From NCBI GenBank assembly GCA_951406725.2, contig OX597834.1, positions 13,330,001 to 13,394,000 on the forward strand: DNA of 64,000 bases. The letters are read 5' to 3'. Within the stretch, counting starts at the first letter, position 1. Every line of letters starts with the position of its first letter. This DNA comes from Octopus vulgaris. Lineage: Eukaryota. Under the pieces are notes generated by a model. It was not told the DNA's origin. It worked only from the letters and a program-made list of their open reading frames with translations, and searched no databases. Both the position numbers and the translations under genes were made by a program. Below are positions 13,690 through 28,489 of the stretch, piece after piece.

Positions 13690-14860
13690 GTCATGGAATA
13701 CGGAGCCAAGGAGAAACTATTTATTTTCCTTGAAGATAATGAATTGTTTACTGTATCCATCATGACTTCTGCTCAGGAAGAAGCCGCTTTACACAGCCTG
13801 TGCCTCATTATGATTCTGTGTTGAAACAAAGAAATGAATCGTGGATGTAACATATCGCGATTTTGCAAAGGTCTTTGATACGTTTGGTCAAGGGGTAATA
13901 TGTCACAAGCTATGGAGACTTGGCACAGCCGGAGAACATAGAGTTGTTGCTTGACTTCTTAACATTCATGAAGCTGTCTGTGCTATCTAATGGAGCCTTT
14001 CCAAGGAGACAGTAATAGAGAGTGAAGTGCCCCTGGGAACTGTATTAGGGCCGCCTCTGTTCATGGTTGCTATTTCAGACATGCCGTCACACAGACAACA
14101 AAAGCTGCCGCAACAATGTTATTTTGACCTAAATGAGTGGCAATCCCAGATTCACATACGGTGCTTGATCTAGCAATTGATATGATCAACGATGCCACGG
14201 TTCGAATGCATGTGACCAAGATGGTGGCAGTGTGCAGGTAAATGGCCGGATGGATTATCAGAAATTTCGGAACAACGGACCAGGAAACTATGCTGGTTCT
14301 ATGGAAGATATTTTTCTAAGCCGTCTAGACTATTGCTCTCAACTGTGGTCACCATACAGGGTCAGATTAACACCGGAACCTGAGACAGTTTGGCGATGTT
14401 AAACAAAGAATATTGTTCCAATAGAGCAGATCAGCTACTGAGAGACACTGAAAGAACGACAAATCCCTGGAGCAAAGATTATTCAGTGATAAATATATGT
14501 ATGGAAGATCCTGGTGGAGCTGGCACCAATCATTTGAATCTAGAGATATACAAGACAAGGAACTGAATGACACTGGAGAGTGGACCATGTACTGAAATAG
14601 CTATAGATAAAAAGTTCCTCAGTAATTCCATGCTTTGTTAAAACATCTGATAGTTCTTCATTGGGCAGGGGTAGATATTTTCAAGAAACAGATGAAGCTC
14701 CCGCTAATCTAGGTCTGAAATTAACCAATTTCAAGATCAAAACAAAGTAGGAGTATCAGGCTCTTTTTTTCATCGAAAGCCAATCACATAGGATTGGGCG
14801 TTAAATAGCTGATCACACTAGCGGTGCTCTATCTGGGCCAGAGCCTTGGAGCGAAAACAT
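13690..14860 (+). mobile_element. Decayed CR1-like LINE reverse transcriptase to 3' tail
   Basis: Fragments VDVTYRDFAKVFD, ICHKL, VPLGTVLGPPLF (cf. DFAKAFD, GVPQGTVLGPLLF); degenerate tail at 14821-14858. Confidence 0.8.
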
Positions 14861-14897
14861 GTAATAACATAATGTGTGAAAGAATATATATAAGTAG

Positions 14898-15080
<183 letters not shown>

Positions 15081-15332
15081 GTGTAATATATATATATATA
15101 TATATATGTGTTTGTATTATGTGATTACAATATATGTGTTTGTATTATGTGTGCGCATGTGTGTGTTTTATGTATATTGGCTGTAAGACAGATAGTTTAG
15201 ATAATTTGCACGCTTACACCATTGTTGCATGCGTTGGTAAAACGAAAGACACGTATATATGTATATACATATATGCATCAATACCGATGGGTATAACATA
15301 TTTTGTATATACACATATGTGTCTATTTTCAT

Positions 15333-15412
<80 letters not shown>

Positions 15413-17556
15413 TTGTTGATATATATATTTACCTATGAGTATATGGATGTGTGTATTTATGTAAATATACATGTATGTAAAATTGTATGTGTGTATATCA
15501 TTGATAACTAATCTAGTGTCAAATAAAACGTGTTGAAATATGTGAATACGTGTAGAAATTATTTCTATTAACGAAATAACAATTCACAGCTTGACACTTC
15601 TCGCATACAGTTACAATACCAACGCAAAATACCTCTTATATTAATGTCTATCTTATTGCAAGCGTGTTCATAAATAAATTGTACAAACTTTAAAAAAAAA
15701 TATATCGATATATTCTATATACTACACAGTTATATGTTCATAAAGATATACGACTTGATATCAGCTTACGAATCAATATAATTTATATTTATTGTAATTC
15801 TCTGTATGATTATTTCGTCAGATAATATATCAATGTAATATACAAATATTAACTTAAATCTCCGTTCATTAACGAATTTGTCTGAATAATATTCTGAATA
15901 TTTGTTTAGGTATGGGTTGTTTTGGTTCCGGTAGATGTTTTATATTTGATAATTAATAAACTTATAACACTCGTTCACATACAAACACACATGCACACAA
16001 ACACACATAAATACACACATACAAACTGACGTAAATATACACACATGCCCGCAGACACACTCGCACGTTCACCGTTAAACAGTAAAACATACGTTTTTAT
16101 ATACATGTATACGTAGAAATTTACGTGTATGCCTATGTGTGTATGTGTGTGTGTTTTATGTATTTTTAGGCAAATAATTTACTCTAGATACATATACCTA
16201 TCTATCCTTACGTACATATATACGTACATAAATATGATACATGCATATCCGTATTATGTACGTCTCCGTATGTTAACATGCGTATTTCTCGATATTTTAT
16301 ATGGGCGGGTGTTTGTATGCGCGTGTATGTATGTGTTTCAATATGTGGAACGGAAATCAGTATATATTTGTAGCGCAAACTAATAGTTATACTGATATTA
16401 ATGCATAAAACTATTGTTACAATAAAATTTTTGCGATACATAGCCTGAATTTTCAAATTAATTTTGTTAATAAAGAACAATTTAGGAATAGAATATTATG
16501 TATACTGAATTTGTGTTTGGCACAAACACTTAAAATAATATATTGACTAATAATTTAATGTTTTTTTAAAAATATTTTCACATGACATTAAAATTTGAAT
16601 GACGTATATGTGTTTCGAATAGGAAAAATGTCTTCCGAAAGTGGTATTCACGAGGCTATATCATAGCGTATATTTTCCTATTAAAATACGTTAGAACTTA
16701 TATACCACTACAGTATGATAGTAGCAAAACTATCGTTTACCTCTCGTATTTACTGCAAACTACAGATTCAGTATAATTGATGTAAACTTAATCTTCGACT
16801 GTACTTGTCCACAAGGTAAATTCATAATAGTATGAAGTATTCTAAGAGCCTTTTTACTTACTTTCGGCGCCTGTTTTATTTCTATTATCTTATTTTTCCG
16901 ATTATTGCAATGAAAACATACAGAAGACATTGACCAAGTGGATTTTGAAGGAATATATCCAACGAAACACTAATTTGGAGCTATTTGAAAGAAAATATAA
17001 TCCCCTACACTTACATAAACCCTTATTCTTCACAATAGGTACGAGTGTGCATGTTTGTGCGTCGATGGGTATTTCTGTGTGTATTTATATAAAAACGCAG
17101 ATACAAACGGCCATAGAGGAGGAGATGAAGTTTCTTTATATAGAGAGGACAACGAAGCGCTCAGGACATTTGATCAATAGAAAAAAGAGGAAAATATTGA
17201 TGAGAAACAGAAGGCTGGTTACCCCAAAGCTTATAATAAAATATATTCCATTATAAAAATTGTGCACATAATCATACAATAAAAGAATATAGAAGTACTG
17301 GAGGAGATACACGGTGTTGCTAGGGATTAAAATGGTAATTATATATATAATAGAAATATAAAATTATATCTCTATAAAAAATTACGGCAGCGTTTACAAG
17401 ATAGAACATCCTAATTAATATAAGGTTATAATGGATACAGATCGTGTATCAATAGCTATCTTAAGGCGGTGGTCTCGGCCATTTGCAGCGATTATTCTTA
17501 TATCTATAAGAATGCCATATTAATATGGCGATAACAATTAATTATATATATATATA

Positions 17557-17752
17557 TGAAAAAACAAGTCAAGATAGAAAATCCTAAAATAATTTTATAA
17601 AGAACATTTCAGTACCGAATTTGAGACCTTTTCAACTGTAACAATTGAATAATGAAATTTAGAAAAATTAGAAGAAAAGTTTTTTTTAAAGAATATTTGA
17701 ATAGTCTTCAAATATAAGTGCCATTTCCTTGTTTCTGCCTTTCTCTGTTTCT
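17557..17752 (-). mobile_element. (TA)n-flanked element, same family as 42890-43090
   Basis: Shared GCAGAAACAAGGA..TTGAAAA..TACTGAAATGTT..ATAAAATTATTTTAG; hammerhead stem II partly deleted. Confidence 0.6.
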
Positions 17753-17772
17753 ATATATATATATATATATAT

Positions 17773-17859
17773 ATAACAAGTGAAAGACAGAACATGGAAT
17801 AAACGAGAATATATTTAATATATTCTCGTTTATTCCATCTTCTGTCTTTCATTCGTTAT
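17773..17859. repeat. Hairpin with about 40-bp arms beside (TA)n
   Basis: TGAAAGACAGAACATGGAATAAACGAGAATATA versus TATATTCTCGTTTATTCCATCTTCTGTCTTTCA. Confidence 0.85.
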
Positions 17860-18842
17860 TTACCTAATGATCACTCTGAAATGACTATGCTTTACCAGTA
17901 AGCTACCATTCGTTTTGTATACATATATATATGTTACACTTATGTTCAGGCGGTCAGCGCTGCGTCTAACGCGACCCATAGTATGATTGATAGTCAAATG
18001 AATGGAGGTGTAATGGGGATTTTGTACATAAACGGGTACATTACGGAAATAGGGTGCAATGGGGGACTCCAACGGGGATATGAACTGCTGAAATCATGCA
18101 GAATGCGAAGGTTTTTCATTGGATTGCTAGTGTGGCTGTAGAATAACGAACATAATGTGAGCCTTTGTTGTCACATGAGAATATGTAATAATGAATTGCT
18201 TGTAAAAATACGGCATAATGTCTTACCGCTTGGTATGTATACAGCATGTTTGTATGTTTGTATGCATTGTAAATTTAGGAAATATAAGCATATGAACAAA
18301 ATAGAAGCACATGTATGGGACTGGTAATTCAACAGTAAATTCCACAATAATTATTGAAAAGAAGCAGAGAAATATGTATATATATATATGATAATTTTCT
18401 TAATCTAAGGGCAAATATGTAATTGAAAAACACTTTGCAACCTTGCAACTGCTGCGTTGATTATTAACTAATTATGGAATACTAAATGTGTATTTATATA
18501 TATATATATATATATATATTGGATCTTGCAACACACAGAGAACAAGATGTAGATTATAGGCACACCTACAAAAAAACATACGTTCTTATCTCTCTCTCTC
18601 TTTCTATCTATCTATCTATCTATCTATCTCTCCAACTATATATCTATGCATCTGTCTATCTATGCATCTATCTATATATGCATGTATGTGCATTTACACA
18701 TAAAAATAGACAGACAAAGCGGAAGATAATAGAAACATTCGATCCTAGTTGGATACATGCCTTGCTACATCTAGGAAAGGATATTTAGAAAGAGAAAGGG
18801 AATACTTTAAATATATATATATACGTATTTATATATAAAAAT

Positions 18843-18874
<32 letters not shown>

Positions 18875-19104
18875 GCATATGCATGTATGTATATATATGT
18901 ATATACATACACATATAAACATAACCATGTAGGGACTTTTCTGTGAATGTTTGCATACATGTATATATTGATGGATTGGTGCGCACACATATGTATATAT
19001 ATATGTCCTTCTATGTGTAAGGAGTTATGTTTGGAATTGTAACCTGTATAAGCAGATACACACACACTTATGAAAATACGCAGTCATACATATATGACGG
19101 CGTG

Positions 19105-19300
19105 TGTATCGTTGGCGATTTTCTTTCTCCGTCTCCCCTTCCTTTGACCTTTCCTTTTTCTATATTTTGACGAGGAGCGCCGCTCGAAATGTTAAATCCT
19201 CCTTCTTTATTTCGTTTCCTGAGCGTCCAATAACACTATACTTGTTCCACGTCCTCAAGTTGTGTTTTCTCTTTGTATTTTCATGTTTGGATTAACTATA
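19105..19300 (+). mobile_element. (TA)n-terminated short element, family F
   Basis: GAGC..GCTCGAAATGTTAAA..TTCCTGAGCG motifs shared with 24335, 30190, 40900 and 49374. Confidence 0.6.
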
Positions 19301-19389
19301 TATATATATAGAGAGAGATATAGATATAGATATATATATACGTATATACATATATAAACACATATAAAATCATATAATTATATATATGT

Positions 19390-19453
<64 letters not shown>

Positions 19454-19507
19454 AATAGAGATGGAATCCTGTATACATATATATATACATATATAAACAT
19501 ATATATT

Positions 19508-19542
<35 letters not shown>

Positions 19543-19829
19543 ATGTGTGTGTATACATAATGCACACACTCACACACACATATACATACGCACACACGCA
19601 CACATATATATATACACACACACACATTTATATGTACACACACATAACCAAATATATGTATTATCTTAAAATAATATTCATTGGGAATATGCCAAGAAGA
19701 AATATTTTCTATTGAGAATAAACGTTTCCCTTGATATATTAGATTTTCTTTTTTTGTCACTATGTCTACTTTGAATAACGTTCTTTGTTATAAAGAAATA
19801 TCTTTGAATATTTTATCGCAAATATTTTG

Positions 19830-20260
19830 TTGTTGAAATGGTTGTACATATTTCTGAAAACATGTTTAGGCTTAACTCCAATTCTTCACTCCAAAATTTC
19901 TATCAACTCTATTCGAAAGAAATTTCTTTTTATATATTTTTCGGATTCCTGATGTGAGTATCTTGTATAAGACTGTATTCAACCAGATCTGATACTTTTC
20001 TGCAGATCTTCGGCTTTAACCGCCGGACCCATTTCCAAACTCCCGTCTAATGAAGCAGCGGCTATCATAGCACTATTCCTATGATGTTTCAATCGTGTAC
20101 TGTATTTAATTTTGGCGGATATGGAATCTTTATCTTTTGGAACAGCAGTAATAACGCAACAACTCCATTTTCAGATCCAAGTATCCTTTATATAATCGTT
20201 CGCCTTCACAGATTTTTACTAAAACATCTAGTTTTAGACATAAATCTTGCTTCAACTCAT
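19830..20260 (-). mobile_element. Possible decayed Helitron Rep N-terminal fragment
   Basis: Across frameshifts, in order: CCSK/KIKIPYPPKL, NSAM..ASL, GPAV..KI..V..LV.YSL, KYVQPFQ. Confidence 0.35.
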
Positions 20261-20899
20261 AAACAGTAAGAACGTGTTGCATGATTCTGTGTGCCAAACA
20301 GGAAAAAGAAAAAACAAAGGCAAACATATCTTTTTCTCTTAAGGTAATTTTCATATCTCTTTTCAATTTAAATACCTGTAAAAACTTGTAAAATATTTGC
20401 CTCTCAACAAATACATTTTACAATCTAATTATCGAAAATGCCGTTAAATATTCACATTGTTTCCCTTTACCGTGAGCATAAATTAATTCGAAATGCCCTT
20501 ATTGCTTTTCTAAAACGAATGTACAAATGAAAAAACTATCGACGCCCTTCCTCCTTCCAAATCTAGTTGAAACATCATATGATCGTCCTTACACAAAACA
20601 AAATTAATTGCAGTATTACCTCCATTGTAAAAGAAAACAATTCTTACCTGGAGATATATCAAATACCATAATTATATGTTTTACTATATGATTTAAGGTT
20701 TAAATTAACGGAATGATATAAAAAAAAATACAAGGCAATGAAAGTTGTCAGAACATTTACAAAGAGATTTTTCAGCTGTTTCCTGGAAATTTTATATATC
20801 CCTTCATCAGAAACGGTGCAAGAAAATGTTTGATAGTTATTATAGAGATGTGAAATACAGAGTGAAGTAGAGGAATGAAAACAGACGTTAGATATGTAA

Positions 20900-20943
<44 letters not shown>

Positions 20944-21015
20944 TAAAACAACACATTGGCCAACCGACGCTATATTATTTGATGACTATGTCATTGATGA
21001 TTTAATTTGTCTCAG

Positions 21016-21210
21016 GTGGTGAGCTGGCAGAACAGTTAGCACGCCTGGCGAAATAATTAGTGGTATTTCGTCTGCCTTTACGTTCTGTGTTCAAATTCCG
21101 CCGAGGTCGACTTTGCTTTTCATCATTTCGGTGTCAATCAATTAAAGTACATGTTGCGTACTGGGATCGATCTAATCCACCCCTCCGCAAAAATGTGTGC
21201 TGAGAGAAGA
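21016..21210 (+). mobile_element. SINE family B
   Basis: GAGCTGGCAGAA..TTAGCACGCC head; GTTCAAATTCCGCCGAGGTCGACTTTGC. Confidence 0.85.
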
Positions 21211-22328
21211 AAATAATTTCTTACTCCTGTCATTATAGTCTACATGGTTATATACCTACACACACAAACACCCGCATAAACTCATATATTTGTACACCAC
21301 CTCATATTCCAACTGATATCCATTGCTTTGAATAAAATAACATTTTTCGTGTCCTGAGTTTCAGACTTGATACACAATGCATATTTCTCTAGCGTCCATG
21401 CATTATGTATTATACATGTCCCTAATTTGGGTTCAACCACCGGTGAAACGTGGGACTTATGAAGCGAAAATTTCATGTAAGTCGAAACGTATGGAAAAAG
21501 ACTAACTGTAAGCCTGAAAAAGTCATGAATGTTTCCAGCAAATTTATGACATGTTTTCGGAGATGCAAAGGGTTAAAGTTAGACTACTTTTACCTACATT
21601 TAAGGTAACAAAATCACATCACTCTAATGTCAAAACAATAAATAAAATACGAATAAAATGAATGTAAATATTGCAATAAACGAAGATTTTGTCTTTGCAA
21701 CAAATTATGTTGACGCAATTTTTGAAATCATTTAAGGCAATTACATATGAAGACATTTATCAGAATGACATAAGACAACTGCGTCAGCAAGAAAGTTATT
21801 CACGTGAACGTTGATCCTATTTTTGGTGCATCTGGCAGAATTATTAAGAGTAAAGATGAGAAAATTAAAATTAAGGTGACTGATAAAAATGCCAATTGCA
21901 GTAAGGCAACAAAAGCGTTATATATTTATCCGTTATATATTGCGGACTAATTTTTAGAAGAAAAAAAAATCCTAGTAAAGGAGTTATAATATAAAAACTA
22001 TTAGCAAATTATTAACAATATTAATGAAATGAGATCACTAATCTAACGGGAATGTTCGAAGGTAGAAGAAATTTTTAGTTTCATTTGGTCTTCATAATTT
22101 TTTTATACATTGTTCTTTTTTTTATCAACTGAAAAATAAAATCGACATCGGAAACATGAGACCACGGAGTGTGGAACTATACTGCTGAGATGCTGCATTA
22201 GCTTTTGGTTGAAGAATGAGCATGATGTGAGTTGTTAAATTCTCCACTAATGTAATAGTTACACATATGACGTACAAGGCGCTTGTTCGGTTATTTTAAC
22301 TATTTGCAAATACTTTAGAAATCCGTTC

Positions 22329-22362
<34 letters not shown>

Positions 22363-22364
22363 TT

Positions 22365-22468
22365 AAAAGCATTCGTGAAGTAAAACCATGTAGCAACACC
22401 AAATGGCGGTGCCCCAGCATGGCCACAGCTCGTGAGCTGAAACTAGAATCAATCAATCAATCAATCAA
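22365..22468 (+). mobile_element. Extreme 3' fragment of the CR1-like LINE with (AATC)n tail
   Basis: Near-identical to 42045-42125. Confidence 0.8.
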
Positions 22469-23139
22469 TATATATACCTTATTATTATGTTATTGTATTT
22501 TGTATTTATATTCGTGTAACATCGTCGTCCTTGTTTTCGTATACATTCGATGCTTCATATTCTAAGCTTAGCTTTTCCTTGGGGCTGGCCAGATTGGAGC
22601 AATCTCTAGACTAATCAGCCGAAATTTCGAGGATGATCCGGTTCTTGATGGAGGATAGAAAGCTTCGAATGACCCGTCCTTGTTTTTTTGTATTGTCTAT
22701 CTGGATGTTTTGTTGTCCCTTTTTGTATCACCTAGTTGTCCGGATGTTTTGCGTTCTTGTATTATATATATATATATAATGGAATCGGCGGCTTATATTT
22801 ATTTGCTGCCGATAAATTTGGCGCGAGTGCGATGATTTGAAAATTTTAGGTCAGATATTGCCGAGGCAGGGACAGAAGTGCCTCGTGAAAATATCTGTTC
22901 CGATCTGGCTATTTCTTACTGACGAATCTAACGGCCTATGGAAGATTGGCTTGATTTAATTTAATCAGGTTAGTTTACCATTAAACAATAGATGAAACGG
23001 TGCATCGTATAAGAAATTACAGGGTAAATGTTTTTTTAATTTTCTCCTGGTTTGCGGAATTAATGTTATTTTGCGGTTGAAGCTTTGGCTGTTATTTCTA
23101 GTGGGTGAATGGCCTATTATGGCCGTTCCTTGATTGTGA

Positions 23140-23197
<58 letters not shown>

Positions 23198-23384
23198 ACT
23201 GTGTTTGTGAGAGTACCATACTTTTATAAAGAATGCATTATCAGTAACTTCCCATTTCTCATAGTGATTTATTCAGAGTATTATAACTCGACATAGAACA
23301 AACATGGCTCTCTATATGCATATACACATATATGTGTATATATGTACATATATGTGTGTGTGTGTGTGCGTGTGTGCGTGTATA

Positions 23385-23440
<56 letters not shown>

Positions 23441-24293
23441 TTTACGGCCGAACAATTTTAAGTATACGTACATAAAATCATTGACGTGTAATTCAAATAT
23501 TATGTGCGTATGATATCAGGGCATAGGATATCAAATATACAGTTATGGTATTGCCTTAGGTTTGAGTGGAAGTTTGAATTCTTCGAGGCGTTAATCTCAC
23601 CAGTTAAGGTCAAATATTCAGAGCATAGATATTTCTCGGTTATGAGAATTGAAGTTGAAAGATAGGAAGAAATCGCCTTGTACTGCAGCTATAGCTATTC
23701 AAGTAGAAATATTTATTAATTGAAATATAAACCCGATCTAAGATTATCTTGGCAAAATGCCACTGTATGTTCAACACGATTAATTATTTATGTAGAGGAC
23801 GAGGAATTATTTAATTATATCGAAGAATTAAAAGATAACAGAAATATTCTCACCAGCATCAACCCACATATCTAAATCTAAACATTAACGCAAATACGTT
23901 TGCTTTATATGAATGTGATATTTTATATTGCAGTGCTTACTTCTAAATGCATTATTTCGCCCACTCAGTTCCTGTGTCAAAATCATAGTTTTCCAACCAG
24001 TAATAAATCATAAATACAAAAAGAAAAGGACAAAACAGCAAAGTATAGGTGTATTTCATAAAGCTATATGTATGTACAACTGCCATGTTTTCTTAGTAAT
24101 GCTCAACCGCCCACCTCATTGTGAGCAAAGTGCTAAGATACATCCGAAGCTTAATTAAATGACCGAAAGGAATTTTCAGATATCTCATATAGAATAATGC
24201 CACGAGCAAGCTGCAGAATTATGGTAATGAGAACGAAAAGAAATTCCGTGAGACTTCGGAAATACTATGCTGTACATTTACAAAACGTTAAGG

Positions 24294-24334
<41 letters not shown>

Positions 24335-24338
<4 letters not shown>

Positions 24339-24520
24339 AAAAGTTTATGAAAAAGAACAAAAGACGAAGACAGGTGGTGTACAAAACAAACAGATATATT
24401 AGTATAGCGCTCAGGAATAGAAAAAAATCTTTTACGTTTCGAGCTTACGCTTTTCTACAGAAAGGTACACAGTAAAAACGAGAGAAAGAAAATGTGTGTA
24501 GTGGCTAACGATCTATCATG

Positions 24521-24525
<5 letters not shown>
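24335..24525 (-). mobile_element. (TA)n-flanked short element, family F
   Basis: Reverse-complement homologue of 49374-49552. Confidence 0.75.
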
Positions 24526-24553
<28 letters not shown>

Positions 24554-24789
24554 CATACTTGAAGGCGTGTGTTCAGTTCCACTCAGCTGGCAAAAATAAG
24601 TAGTACATGTATTTCAAAGGGCACCCTTGTCATACTGTGTCACGCTGAATCTCCCTGAGAACTACTTTTAGGGTACAGGTGTCTGTAGAGTGCTTAGTCA
24701 CTTGCATGCTGCTTTCACTGGTAAGGTGTTCGTTTTCTCCGATATATATATATAGAAAATTATGTAAATAATTATAAGATGGATAATTA

Positions 24790-25005
24790 AAATACCGATC
24801 TTATCAGGTGGCCAGCATAGGAATAAAAACCTTTCAAATGTAATAATTATTTTAAAACTATAATTTAGGGTATCTAAGAGATACCACCACGCTAGAAATA
24901 GCAGCTAAAACCACATGAAATTGAACATTTACTGTGGCATTGGAGTCAAGTTTTGACTGCTATTTTCAGTGTGGAGGTATATCTTAGATACGCTAAATTA
25001 TAATT
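24790..25005. mobile_element. (TA)n-flanked fold-back element, same family as 57396-57685
   Basis: Diverged arms 24859-24911 and 24950-25002, with a one-sided extension. Confidence 0.65.
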
Positions 25006-25010
25006 TCAGA

Positions 25011-25082
<72 letters not shown>

Positions 25083-25297
25083 TGTGTTTGTTTGTGTGTA
25101 TGTATAATAGTGGTTTTATCTCTAATTTTAATATAATATAATATAATATATTTATACTATAAAATTGGATTTAATCCTAAATCTAATTACTCCCTGTAAG
25201 TTTGGATTTATTCCCTAATATTATTATTATTATATATATATATATATATATATATAGGGAGAGAGAGAGAGATGCAATAAGATAGATATATAATATT

Positions 25298-25334
<37 letters not shown>

Positions 25335-25914
25335 CTATCTATCACCCTCTCTCTCCCTCTTTTCTCCCTCTCTCTCTCTATGTATTTATGTGACTATGTA
25401 CGTATGCATGTATGCATGTATGTGTGATAAATTTGTGAATATATAACCAGGAAATGTAGACCGGTAGATATGAACTTAAATGTAATTACGTTTGATTTAC
25501 TTAGACGCCTTCTTGGTAAATATCAGCGAGTTTCGTTTCCACTCCGACTCACATGAATACTTATCTCTTCTATATAAACACATGTTACTGAATGATAATT
25601 ATCTTTGGCAGGAGATTGACATCGGAGCTGGTTAACCGGTTTCAAATCACGGTTGAGTGAGGGTGCTTGAGTATATCATGGTTTCCATATAAACAATATC
25701 ATTCCCAAAAAATCGTGACTAGAAAACAATCGAAGAAATGTTATTCCCACGTAAACGTAAGTCCTGGCAGAGAGCCAGGATAATTATTTGTAGAATTAGT
25801 GAATGAAGATTTTTGCAGAAATGCTTACGCCATAATATAGAATCTGCATCCGCAAATGCAGGTGAGCCGGAATTTTTTTATGTATAAATTACATTATTGA
25901 GAACTTCCATTATT

Positions 25915-26028
25915 CAGGAGTGGCTGTGTGGTAAGTAGCTTGCTTACCAACCACATGGTTCTGGGTTCAGTCCCACTGCGTGGTGACCTGGGCAAGTGTT
26001 TTCTACTATAGCCTCGGACCGACCAAAG

Positions 26029-26100
<72 letters not shown>

Positions 26101-26310
26101 AGAGAGAGTCTGTGTGTGAGTATGTGTGTGTGTGTGAGTGTAAATGTTTGTGTATCTGTGTTTTTCCCCCACAATATCGCTTGACAACCGTCCATGTAAC
26201 TTAGTGGTTCGGCAAAAGACGCCGATAGAATAAGTCTTGGGATCGATTTTCTCGACTAAAGGCGGTGCTCCGGCACGGCCGCAGTCAAATGACTGAAACA
26301 AGTAAAGAGA
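25915..26310 (+). mobile_element. SINE family A with internal deletions
   Basis: Head, microsatellite and tail match the other copies. Confidence 0.88.
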
Positions 26311-26677
26311 TACCTAATTGCCTGCGAACTCTTACTGGTATGATTCAGATTTTCATTTCGAAAATTTTGCGGTGCTATTACAATCAACAATTTTTGCTTC
26401 TCGGAGATTCTTTAAAAAGTAAATGGAAGAAAAAGCATATGCTTATTTTATGCAATAACTACCCATCATTCCGGATTGATAATGGCATGCACTTACGAAT
26501 CTCTCTTTCACAGATGAGATATCAGCAGCAAGTGTTAAGTGACATCGGAAGCAGTGCAATGTTTGGCGTACATAGACTGCTAGGTGCCAATTAGAAAAAA
26601 AAGTGTTATTTGAAAACATTTTGCTTACAATATTCGAATATATATACACACCCACATTCACACGCAATGCACAAACA

Positions 26678-26748
<71 letters not shown>

Positions 26749-26852
26749 TTTTTTATCCAAGGGGAGGCAATAGGAGCAACAGCCACAGAAACACCACAAA
26801 ATTCAAAGATAGGCCAAACACATGCAAATCTTATATGCTAGTTTATATTTAT

Positions 26853-27268
26853 AATAATAGTTATCGCCATACTAATATGGCATTCTTATAAAAATAAGAA
26901 TAAAGCTGTCCGCTTATTAGCTCCATGAGGCCATCGCCTTAAGTTAGCTATTTGATACACAAACTGTATCCATATAACCTTCGAACAAGGGAGGTCAGTC
27001 GCTCCACACTACTTGACCGGCAGCTGCAGACGCGTTTCGGGGTATTGCCCCTTTTCAATGCAGCGTAGCCAGACCAGTAGGTGTCGCTTCTGACAATCTC
27101 TGTTCGAAGTAGTGTGGAGCGACTGACCTCCCTTGTTCGAAGGTTATATGGATACAGTTTGTGTATCAAATAGCTAACTTAAGGCGATGGCCTCATGGAG
27201 CTAATAAGCGGACAGCTTTATTCTTATTTTTATAAGAATGCCATATTAGTATGGCGATAACTATTATT
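26853..27268. mobile_element. Fold-back element: 162-bp arms, hammerhead in the 92-nt loop
   Basis: Arms 26853-27014 and 27107-27268 appear perfect; related solo terminus at 17422-17545. Confidence 0.85.
27023..27064 (-). ncRNA. Intact minimal type I hammerhead ribozyme (U3-A8 variant)
   Basis: GCTGCA TTGAAAA GGGG caata CCCC GAAA CGCG TC TGCAGC: 6-bp stem I, 4-bp stem II, palindromic stem III, GUC site. Confidence 0.88.
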
Positions 27269-27402
27269 TTCCGGGAACGCTGCCGTTGTTCTCTTTTAGA
27301 GAGACTTAGTAATTTTAATATTTCTATTATATTTATAATCTTTGGAGCACTTCTATTTCCAGTCCGTTGTATATCTTGAGTGTTGCTGTTACTCAAGATA
27401 TA

Positions 27403-27457
<55 letters not shown>

Positions 27458-28027
27458 GGAGAAAGGGAGAGGGAGGGATAGATAGATAGATAGATAGATA
27501 GATAGAGAAATTGTTAGATATAAGCGCAGGCGTTGATGTGTGAAGTTTCTCCCTATCACATGGCTCTGAGTTCAGTCCTACTCAATGAAATATTGGGCAA
27601 CTGCTTTCAACTATAATCTCGGAACAACCAAACTCAAAGTAACCTGTCGTAAATATGTGTGTGTGTTTGCGTGCGTGTGTGCGCGCGCGTGTATGCATGT
27701 ATACGGTGTGTGATGAGAATCTATGGAAAGGAATCCCATAGAAACTCAACGAAGAGTTAAAGATGGAGAAGAGACGTTAAAATTTTAAATTCTTTTTCAA
27801 AATGTTTCAAGTCCTCACTCCATTTTCAACACTTCGTTGAGTGCCTATGGATACCTATCCATAAATACTCATCCCATACTATATACATGTAATAATTGGA
27901 TATGTGCATAAATCTTCTCGTCAGTAACCTACCAACGAAATATGAAGAATCTTTGTTAGAAATCGCCATTTTGGAAACCTCCAAATTGAAGCATGAAACG
28001 GAAATCAACACACGCGCGCACAAACAA

Positions 28028-28186
<159 letters not shown>

Positions 28187-28195
28187 TGTGTGGGT

Positions 28196-28460
28196 GGAGG
28201 CGCAATGGCCCAGTGGTTAGAGCAGCGAACTCGCGGTCGTAGGATCGCGGTTTCGATTCCCAGACCGGGGGTTTTGAGATTTTATTGAGTGAAAACACCT
28301 AAAGCTCCGCGAGGCTCCGAAAGAGGGTGGTGGCGATCCCTGCTATACTCTTTCGCCACAACTTTCTCTCACTTTAAAGGCTAAAACAATGCGAAGCACA
28401 TTGTGACCAACGATGTGTAGCAACATCTGATAGCCTGGTGGGTCACGGTGATCACGGTGA
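28196..28460 (+). mobile_element. tRNA-derived SINE family C
   Basis: A box TGGCCCAGTGG, B box GGTTTCGATTCC; body shared with 43934 and 63865. Confidence 0.85.
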
Positions 28461-28489
28461 TATATATAGAGAGAGACAGATAGACTGAC

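Noticed and set aside
28196-28270. tRNA genes at 28196, 43938 and 63865
   Set aside because: A and B boxes are present but run into SINE bodies, with no clear acceptor stem or terminator.
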